From Acaryochloris marina S15 (GTDB lineage Bacteria; Cyanobacteriota; Cyanobacteriia; Thermosynechococcales; Thermosynechococcaceae), in assembly GCF_018336915.1 (NCBI RefSeq), contig NZ_CP064923.1, positions 1,200,001-1,232,000 on the forward strand: DNA of 32,000 bases. The letters are read 5' to 3'. The translations under genes were made by a program, and so were the position numbers. Position 1 is the first letter of the stretch, and each line of letters starts with the position of its first letter. The notes under the pieces are model-generated. The model saw nothing but the letters and a program-made list of their open reading frames with translations. It ran no database searches and was not told where the DNA came from. This document shows positions 25,328 through 32,000 of the stretch, one piece after another.

Positions 25328-27115
25328 ATGCGTCATTCATTTCAGCTTGATTTTGATCAAGGGTTTGAATCTCCAATTGAAAGCTTGAATGACCTGAAAT
25401 TTGGTTCAACCTCTCTATCATCTGTCAATACCAATAGCGAGAATCTTGGTATTGATATCCCTCTACAAATCCTAGAACTCTCTGAGTTAGCTACTAGAGC
25501 TAGTCTTCCTGATATTCAGACCTTTATCTCTACACCGCTTTTTTCGTCTGAGTCATCAGCCCAAGAATCTATTCCAGAAGGAAATGTGGGAACTCAGCCT
25601 CCCAATGCAGTAGAAAGTGGTTATTGCTGTTTATGTACTGCTTGTGGAACTGGGCATAGCCATGGTGCAAGGTTTCAGGCTGGTGGAAGTGTTGCCCAAT
25701 TTAATGACAGTAATGGGCGCTTTAAGTGGAGCCAGCCTGGGGGAAGTGGTCAAGCCGTCAATATTTCTTACAGTTTTGCGCCCAGTTTTTCATTAAAAGG
25801 GTTATCGAATAACGAAGCAAAATCTCTCTTCCGAGAAGCACTAGGTGTTTGGGCAGATTTTGCGCCGTTGAATTTCCAAGAAGTTCAAGATCCTGGAAAT
25901 GGCAGAGACGTTGATATCCGCGTCGGGGCTGATTTTATCGATGGTCCTAGTAATACCCTAGCCTTTGCGTTCTTCCCGCAAGGAGGTGATCAAACCTATG
26001 ATAATGGCGACAATTGGAATGCTAGCTTGTTTCTAGAAACCGCCGTTCACGAAACAGGTCATAGTCTTGGTTTAGGGCATGAATCCGGGGTGGATGCCAT
26101 TATGAATCCCTCTATTCAAAGGCGGTTTACTGGAGCGGGCAGTGCGTTCTTGCTGCAGGATGATATCAATGGTATTCGCAGCCTCTATGGTAGTGGTACA
26201 GGGGGTGTTAGTCCCTTGTCACCTCCACCAGCTCCAACTCCGGCTCCGACACCAGCTCCAACACCAGCTCCAGCTCCGGCTCCGGCTCCAGTCCCGGTTC
26301 CTGCCCCAACTCCGGCTCCAACGCCGGCCCCAACCCCGGCTCCAACGCCGGCTCCAACCCCGGCCCCAACGCCGGCCCCAACTCCAGCTCCAACTCCGGC
26401 TCCAACTCCGGCTCCAACCCCGAGTCCTACTCCTGGCGACAACCGGATTGATGGCACCAATCGCAATGATGTTTTACGGGGTGGATCTCGTAATGATGTG
26501 ATTCGAGGGTTTGCGGGCAATGATCTGCTGAGTGGTAGGAGGGGAAATGATCGCCTTCTGGCAGGCAGCGGTAACGATCGCGTGTTTGGTGGCTCGGGTA
26601 ATGATTTTATGTCCGGCGATAGTGGTAACGATCGCATGAATGGTGGTTCGGGCAACGACCGTATGAATGGTGGCTCGGGCAACGATGGCTTGAGTGGCAA
26701 CTCAGGCAATGATGTATTGAATGGTGGCTCGGGCAATGACTTTCTTTCGGGGGGCAATGGCCGCGATCGGTTGATTGGTGTCAATGCCCGTGATGCTAAA
26801 CCCGGTGTCGGAGAGATTGATTTCCTCCGAGGGGGAAGAGATGCAGATGTTTTTGTATTGGGAGATAGCCAAAAGGTTTATTATGCTGACGGTCCAGCGA
26901 CCAGCAACTATGCTGTGGTGCAGGACTTCTCAATCAGTCAAGGAGATGTCCTGCAACTGAATGGCTCAGCGAGTGATTACTCGTTAGGTTCTTCACCTCG
27001 GGGACTACCCAGTGGAACAGCGTTGATTTATCAAGGCGGTAATTCTTCTGAGATCATCGCGATTATCCAAGGTGCTAACTTTAGTCTCAATAGTAGTGCC
27101 ATCCAGTACGTATAG
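25328..27115 (+). CDS. M10-family (matrixin-like) zinc metalloprotease fused to a Pro-Ala-Thr linker and RTX calcium-binding repeats
   Basis: [11 protein letters not shown] (HExxHxxGxxH, 26048-26080) plus the Met-turn AIMNPS. The (P-A/T/V)n linker is at 26222-26434. About 12 consecutive nonapeptides of the GGSGNDxLx type lie at 26435-26779. There is no N-terminal signal peptide, as expected for a type I secretion substrate. Confidence 0.9.
   Translation: MRHSFQLDFDQGFESPIESLNDLKFGSTSLSSVNTNSENLGIDIPLQILELSELATRASLPDIQTFISTPLFSSESSAQESIPEGNVGTQPPNAVESGYCCLCTACGTGHSHGARFQAGGSVAQFNDSNGRFKWSQPGGSGQAVNISYSFAPSFSLKGLSNNEAKSLFREALGVWADFAPLNFQEVQDPGNGRDVDIRVGADFIDGPSNTLAFAFFPQGGDQTYDNGDNWNASLFLETAVHETGHSLGLGHESGVDAIMNPSIQRRFTGAGSAFLLQDDINGIRSLYGSGTGGVSPLSPPPAPTPAPTPAPTPAPAPAPAPVPVPAPTPAPTPAPTPAPTPAPTPAPTPAPTPAPTPAPTPAPTPSPTPGDNRIDGTNRNDVLRGGSRNDVIRGFAGNDLLSGRRGNDRLLAGSGNDRVFGGSGNDFMSGDSGNDRMNGGSGNDRMNGGSGNDGLSGNSGNDVLNGGSGNDFLSGGNGRDRLIGVNARDAKPGVGEIDFLRGGRDADVFVLGDSQKVYYADGPATSNYAVVQDFSISQGDVLQLNGSASDYSLGSSPRGLPSGTALIYQGGNSSEIIAIIQGANFSLNSSAIQYV
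26222..26434 (+). repeat. Low-complexity coding microsatellite-like tract (CCN-GCN/ACN)n encoding PAPTPAPTP...
   Basis: 71 codons that are almost exclusively Pro alternating with Ala, Thr, Val or Ser. It generates long spurious ORFs in other frames and on the opposite strand. Confidence 0.95.
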
Positions 27116-27120
27116 GTTGA

Positions 27121-27210
27121 GCATGATGGGACTCCGTTGCAGAGGCCATCATGCCTTGATTCCTTAGACCTGTTGGAGTAGCGAATCTTATACATCGGTT
27201 TGCTACTCCA
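27121..27210 (+). terminator. Two stem-loops downstream of the metalloprotease gene
   Basis: GCATGATGG (27121-27129) pairs with CCATCATGC (27146-27154). TGGAGTAGC (27174-27182) pairs with GCTACTCCA (27202-27210). Neither has a U-tract, so terminator function is tentative. Confidence 0.4.
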
Positions 27211-27791
27211 GCAATATGGATAGTTTGTGGAAATGTGGAAATGCTCTGAAAGACTTTTATCTGAGGGGATAGAGGGTGCTTATAAGATTTTCTTATGAAC
27301 TATGGCCTTGACCTTCAAGGTAACTGTAACGATTAACTTGTGTATACGTTCCGTTCAAGAACTGATGTGTTCCCCGACTGAGATAGCATCCTGATCATGC
27401 AACAATCAACAGTTCATCCCCATATTTCTGTGGAAAATCCTATTTGGTCTGATTTAGATCGGTATTGTGGATGGTTTAGTACGGTCAGTGCCCTTGCATT
27501 GATCATTCTGGCTCCTTTAACCTGCAATTCTGGGCAGTTTAGTCCTAAAGCTGCGTCTATCTATTCTGGAGAGACTCTACATTCTCCAGTCAGCAATCAT
27601 CCTCACCCCTTAGCAAAGGTGAATCTATCATCAGGGCGTGATTTTCAGTAATAAACTCATCTGGGAAGACTTCATTAGTCAGTCAATGACGTTGTCTCCG
27701 AAAAATCTAGCGGCGTATATCTTGACTGGTAAAGCTTGTAGTGACTAATGGTGCTGCAAGTCTTGTTTCTGCCCCTCATCGTTTTTGCAAG

Positions 27792-28589
27792 TTACTGTCC
27801 CAGATAGGCTTCTAGTACTTCTTTGTTGGATTGGATTTCAGCGGGGGTGCCCTCAGCGAGGTTTTGTCCCTCGGCCAATACCCAGACGCGATCGCACAGG
27901 GACATAATCACATCCATATTATGCTCGATGATCAAGAAGGTAATGCCGTTGTCATTCCACCGATTGATATGTCCACAGATTTGCTGAATCAAGGTGGGGT
28001 TTACCCCCGCAGCGGGTTCATCCAGCAGCATTAGTTTAGGGTCAGCCATTAGACCTCGGGCCATTTCCAGCAGCTTGCGCTGACCACCGGAGAGGGCACC
28101 GGCATAGTCATTGACTTTTGCAGCTAGGCCGACGGATTCGAGAATGATATGGGCTTTTTCCTTCAGCTCTTTCTCTTGCTTACGAATGATATGAGCTTGG
28201 AAAAAGGTATTGTGCAGCTTTTCCCCGGTTTGGTGAGGAGCGGCTAACAGCATATTCTCTAAGACGGACAGCCTAGATAAAACACGGGCGACTTGAAAGG
28301 TGCGAATCATGCCCTGGAGAGCAATTTTATGGGGTTGCAAACGTTCGATGGGCCTGCCGTTGAAAATAATCCGACCGTGATCTGGGGCGATGAAGTTGCA
28401 GAGTAGATTAAACAGGGTGGTTTTACCGGCGCCGTTGGGACCGATTAAGCCAACAATCTTGCCTTCGGGGACATGGAGCTCAGCATTATTTACCGCTTGA
28501 ATTCCGCCAAAGGCTTTGGAGAGTCCCTGGGCGGTCAACAGCATTTTTTCCGGTTGGACTTGAGGGTCGGGCTGGCGCTTATCTTCCAA
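27792..28589 (-). CDS. ABC transporter ATP-binding protein, LivG/NatA-like (branched-chain or neutral amino acid type)
   Basis: Walker A GPNGAGKTT, signature LSGGQRKLLEMAR, Walker B LMLLDEPAAG and H-loop IEHNM. It overlaps the upstream permease by 11 nt. ATG 28544 is an alternative start. Confidence 0.9.
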   Translation of the reverse strand: MEDKRQPDPQVQPEKMLLTAQGLSKAFGGIQAVNNAELHVPEGKIVGLIGPNGAGKTTLFNLLCNFIAPDHGRIIFNGRPIERLQPHKIALQGMIRTFQVARVLSRLSVLENMLLAAPHQTGEKLHNTFFQAHIIRKQEKELKEKAHIILESVGLAAKVNDYAGALSGGQRKLLEMARGLMADPKLMLLDEPAAGVNPTLIQQICGHINRWNDNGITFLIIEHNMDVIMSLCDRVWVLAEGQNLAEGTPAEIQSNKEVLEAYLGQ

Positions 28590-30015
28590 GGGTGAGTTCC
28601 TCCTTTTTACCCAGCAGACCTTGGGGTCGCCACATCATCAAAACAATCAACATCAGGCCAATCACCATCACCCGAAAGGCTCCCAATCGAGCATCGTCTA
28701 GGGGCAGGATATTGGGCAGAATAAATCGAGTCACCTCATTGTAGGCCCAAAAAATTCCGGCTCCCAGCAGCGTGCCCACGTTATTACCTGCGCCGCCAGC
28801 CACAATAATAATCCAGGCTTGGAAGGTGAGGAGGGGGATAAAACCATCAGGGTTAATAAAGGTGAGTTGCCAGGCATAAAAGGATCCGGCAATACCTGCG
28901 ATCGCACCGCCTAACATAAAGGACTGCAGCTTATAGCGAAAGACATCTTTGCCCAGGGCTTTGGCGACTTCTTCATCTTCTCGAATCGAGGTTAACACCC
29001 GACCCCAGGGCGAATGGACCCAGCGCTCTAATTGCCAAAATACAAAGGCAATGGTCAAAATCAACAGCCATAGCAGGCCCGCTTTATAGGTGTAGTTGAT
29101 AATGCCCATCATATGGGCACCGAAAAACATCACCACCAATCCCATGCCGATGGAGACCGTCAGTAGACTGAGGTGGGTGCTTAGGGACTGAGTGCGGAGT
29201 TGCTGGAAAGGCTGCCGACAAGAGGCGTAGACCAGAAACACGCCCACAATGGCGAGGGGTACTACCATTGCAAACCGCATCACTAGCAATACGATTTCCT
29301 GTAAAGCCGAAGGCAGCTGAATGGTGAGACTTAGGGAAAAGGAAAACCACCAACAGGTGGCTACTCCCACTAAACAGATGACATAGCCAACAAAGAGAGC
29401 GGGTGATAAGGGTGGACGCCCTTCCCGCTGGGGTTGCTGTAGCAGCCATTGCCACAGACGCCAAAGGGCCAAACCTAATACCAAGGCTAGAGAGGCAATC
29501 ATCCCCCCTTTAACTAAAAGGTTAGGCTGCAGTTTTTCTAGGGGCAGGGGATAATTAAAGACGCCGCGCGGCCCCCGTGTCAGCCATTCTTCATTGACGG
29601 CGATAAGTCGCACCACTTCTGATACGCCAATGGTGACAATAGATAGATAATCTTCCCGCAACCGTAGGGTACTGGTGCCGATGGCGAGTCCCAGGAGTGC
29701 GGCTAATACAGCGCCAATGAGGACCGCAATCACTAAGGGAAACTGTTCTGGCAGGATATCCCCGAGAAAATACAAACCCGAAGCCAGCCACTCTTGGCTT
29801 TCAATCACCGGATATTGCTCCATCAGTCGCTGGGGCATCTCCTTGATGAAATTGGGCAGGGTCAAGGCAATGGTGGTGTAGGCTCCAATTGCCATAAAGG
29901 CGATATGACCAAAGTTAATCAGCCCGGTATAGCCCCACTGTAAGTTCAGTCCCAGACTGAATAAGGCATAAATAGTAGTGAAAAGTGCGAGAGAGACAAA
30001 ATAGCCAACTTCCAT
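28579..30015 (-). CDS. ABC transporter permease, LivM/NatC-like
   Basis: 478-aa polytopic protein with LivH/LivM-type motifs (GYTGLINFGHIAFMAIGAY; ...REDEEVAKALGKDVFRYKLQSFMLGGAIAGIAGSFYA...). It is co-oriented with and overlaps the ATPase gene. Confidence 0.85.
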   Translation of the reverse strand: MEVGYFVSLALFTTIYALFSLGLNLQWGYTGLINFGHIAFMAIGAYTTIALTLPNFIKEMPQRLMEQYPVIESQEWLASGLYFLGDILPEQFPLVIAVLIGAVLAALLGLAIGTSTLRLREDYLSIVTIGVSEVVRLIAVNEEWLTRGPRGVFNYPLPLEKLQPNLLVKGGMIASLALVLGLALWRLWQWLLQQPQREGRPPLSPALFVGYVICLVGVATCWWFSFSLSLTIQLPSALQEIVLLVMRFAMVVPLAIVGVFLVYASCRQPFQQLRTQSLSTHLSLLTVSIGMGLVVMFFGAHMMGIINYTYKAGLLWLLILTIAFVFWQLERWVHSPWGRVLTSIREDEEVAKALGKDVFRYKLQSFMLGGAIAGIAGSFYAWQLTFINPDGFIPLLTFQAWIIIVAGGAGNNVGTLLGAGIFWAYNEVTRFILPNILPLDDARLGAFRVMVIGLMLIVLMMWRPQGLLGKKEELTLGR

Positions 30016-30196
30016 AGGCTTGCGAGGGGGTAAAAGCGCAGGTGCGCCGCCTAAATCAACGTCTCCAGGATTTTATCAGGCCGGGGGATATTTCCTCTGC
30101 CCAGAAATGCTAAAGCCCATCCGAATATTTAGTCACCTTTTCAGGCCACACGCTATGGTTTAATCATCAACAAATCATTGCACTCAGGAACGATAT

Positions 30197-31786
30197 ATGG
30201 ATGCAGCCGCCCTTTGGCAACGTTATCAAGACTGGCTCTACTACCACGAGCAGCTTGGTATCTATGTAGACATCAGCCGCATGAGTTTTGATGATGCGTT
30301 CGTCGAACGCTTGGAGCCTAAGTTTGTCAAGGCTTTCAAGGAAATGGATGCCCTGGAAGCGGGTGCGATCGCAAATCCTGACGAAAATCGCATGGTCGGC
30401 CATTATTGGCTCCGGGACTCCAATCTTGCCCCCACCCCCGAATTAAAAAAAGAAATTGTTACCACATTAGAAAAGATTGAAGCCTTTGCCGCAGATGTCC
30501 ATGCGGGACGAATCAAGCCCGCAACTGCCCCCCGCTTTACGGATGTAATTTCCATTGGTATTGGGGGATCTTCTCTAGGCCCCCAGTTTGTGTCCCAGGC
30601 ATTGGCGGTCCTCCATCCTGCCTTGGTGATGCATTTTATTGATAACACCGATCCAGCGGGCATCGATTACATCTTGGATACGGTCCAAGATCGCTTGGAT
30701 ACCACCCTGGTCGTCACCATTTCTAAGTCTGGCGGCACGCCTGAAACTCGGAATGGCATGTTAGAGGTGAAGAACCGCTTCAAGAACCTGGGATTAGATT
30801 TTCCTCAACATGCGGTCGCAGTCACGGGCTATGGCAGTAAACTCGCTCAAATTGCCGAAAGTGAAGGCTGGTTAGCAATGCTCCCCATGCATGATTGGGT
30901 GGGGGGAAGAACCTCTGAGCTTTCCGCTGTTGGTTTGGTTCCCGCCTCCTTACAAGGCATTGCCATTCGAGAGATGTTGGCAGGGGCCAAAGCCATGGAC
31001 GAGGCCACCCGAGTCCATGATCTAAAAACCAATCCCGCCGCCTTGTTAGCATTATCTTGGTATTTTTCCGGGGAAGGTGAAGGCAAAAAAGACATGGTGA
31101 TTTTGCCTTACAAAGACAGTCTGATGTTGTTTAGCCGTTATCTCCAGCAGCTGGTGATGGAGTCCTTAGGCAAAGAAAAAGATCTCGACAACAAGATTGT
31201 TCACCAAGGCATTGCCGTCTATGGCAACAAAGGATCAACGGATCAACATGCCTATGTCCAAGAACTGCGGGAAGGGATTCCCAACTTCTTTCTCACCTTT
31301 TTTGAAGTCTTAAAAGATCGAGACGGTGATCGGTTTGAAGTAGAGCCAGGTGTGACCTCGGGAGATTATTTATCTGGATTCCTGTTAGGAACCCGAACTG
31401 CTCTCTACGAGAAGCGTCGTGACTCCATTACCGTTACTCTACCGGAAGTGACTTCTAAACATGTGGGTGCTTTGATTGCTCTATATGAGCGGGCCGTGGG
31501 TCTTTATGCGTCCTTAATTAATGTCAATGCTTATCACCAACCCGGTGTAGAAGCAGGCAAGAAAGCCGCAACGGACACCATCGCTTTGCAGAATACAGTC
31601 GTGCAAATCCTCAGAAGTACATTAACGCCATTACCCATCACCAGTCTGGCTGAGAAAGCAGACGCCCCTGACAAAATAGAGACCATCTATAAAATTGTCC
31701 GACATCTCGCCGCCAATAACCGGGGGGTCGAGCTATATGGTGATCCGGCTGAGCCAGGGGGACTCCAGGTAACTCTGAAAGGCTAG
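30197..31786 (+). CDS. pgi: Glucose-6-phosphate isomerase
   Basis: 529-aa ORF with the PGI signatures ...[12 protein letters not shown]..., ...[13 protein letters not shown]... and ...[15 protein letters not shown].... Confidence 0.97.
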   Translation: MDAAALWQRYQDWLYYHEQLGIYVDISRMSFDDAFVERLEPKFVKAFKEMDALEAGAIANPDENRMVGHYWLRDSNLAPTPELKKEIVTTLEKIEAFAADVHAGRIKPATAPRFTDVISIGIGGSSLGPQFVSQALAVLHPALVMHFIDNTDPAGIDYILDTVQDRLDTTLVVTISKSGGTPETRNGMLEVKNRFKNLGLDFPQHAVAVTGYGSKLAQIAESEGWLAMLPMHDWVGGRTSELSAVGLVPASLQGIAIREMLAGAKAMDEATRVHDLKTNPAALLALSWYFSGEGEGKKDMVILPYKDSLMLFSRYLQQLVMESLGKEKDLDNKIVHQGIAVYGNKGSTDQHAYVQELREGIPNFFLTFFEVLKDRDGDRFEVEPGVTSGDYLSGFLLGTRTALYEKRRDSITVTLPEVTSKHVGALIALYERAVGLYASLINVNAYHQPGVEAGKKAATDTIALQNTVVQILRSTLTPLPITSLAEKADAPDKIETIYKIVRHLAANNRGVELYGDPAEPGGLQVTLKG

Positions 31787-31815
31787 TGAGCCATACATAA
31801 TCCAAGTATCAACGG

Positions 31816-31842
31816 GCCTCTGAATCAAGGGGCTCGTTTTTT
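31816..31842 (+). terminator. Rho-independent terminator candidate after pgi
   Basis: GCCTCT-gaatca-AGGGGC (6 bp including one G-U pair) followed by tcgtttttt. Confidence 0.5.
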
Positions 31843-32000
31843 GTGACAGATTGAAGATCCGGATCATAGGAAAATTAGGGTGAGTTTCAGAGCAGATGTT
31901 CATTAACCGGAGGGAAATTCCCATACTAAGTCTATGAACCCTATGCCCTTGCATTTAGATCTAAACGATGACTTCTGCTCCTACGCCCCAATTGATTATT

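Noticed and set aside
26142-26784. Three ORFs (26142-26501 +, 26185-26784 -, 26208-26417 -) overlapping the metalloprotease linker and RTX region
   Set aside because: The stop-free alternative frames are created by the (CCN GCN)n and GGN-rich repeats. Their translations are pure low-complexity sequence (GVGAGVGAG..., LQLRLRLQ...). The frame giving HExxH plus RTX is clearly the real one.
27397-27651. 84-aa plus-strand ORF with one hydrophobic segment and an LTC lipobox-like triplet
   Set aside because: The hydrophobic segment starts about 27 residues in and is preceded by an acidic rather than basic n-region. There is no RBS and the evidence is insufficient to call it a gene.
23694-27791. Looked for an integrase, a transposase or a direct repeat of the tRNA-Val 3' end that would delimit a classical tRNA-targeted island
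   Set aside because: No such ORF is present in the six-frame track. By eye I found only a 10-nt match (atcgcccatt at about 10884), which is consistent with chance. The island idea is kept only as a compositional hypothesis.
30167-30403. 78-aa minus-strand ORF across the pgi start region
   Set aside because: It overlaps the confidently called pgi N-terminus in antisense and has no supporting features.
31733-32000. 73-aa minus-strand ORF overlapping the pgi 3' end, and two open frames running off the right edge (ATG 31934 and ATG 31968)
   Set aside because: The minus-strand ORF overlaps pgi and its terminator and has no motif. The edge fragments are too short to assign.

Overview
The window looks like a cyanobacterial chromosomal segment. 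It has nine copies of the HIP1 octamer GCGATCGC. The housekeeping set is argG, an mlaE-like permease, mreB, plsY, cobQ, mazG, tRNA-Val(UAC), a livG/livM-like ABC pair and pgi. I can support about 28 protein genes and one tRNA. I saw no rRNA, CRISPR array, transposase, integrase, reverse transcriptase or recognisable defence gene. The conserved blocks are interrupted by four visibly AT-rich, ORF-poor, HIP1-free segments at roughly 8.08-9.56 kb, 15.29-16.80 kb, 18.74-19.78 kb and 23.69-25.33 kb. The unusual content sits in or beside these segments. (1) A PadR regulator is followed by a two-TM protein made of 17 tandem 40-aa (120-nt) repeats, with perfect 231-nt higher-order duplications. (2) A 57-nt imperfect direct repeat with a 19-nt perfect core brackets a 1.1-kb AT-rich insert directly 5' of argG. 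(3) A 10-mer, ATACGGATTT, occurs three times, twice followed by a Shine-Dalgarno sequence and a mini-ORF. All copies lie in the spacers upstream of the two predicted exported proteins. One is a 647-aa signal-peptide protein and the other is a metzincin with a Pro-Ala-Thr linker and RTX repeats. (4) A gene-poor AT-rich tract next to tRNA-Val precedes the metzincin-RTX gene. (5) A small AT-rich islet carries two orphan genes. My best candidate for an undescribed system is the PadR plus repeat-protein pair. I cannot assign it a function from sequence alone. All functional calls come from reading motifs in the supplied translations; no database search was run.
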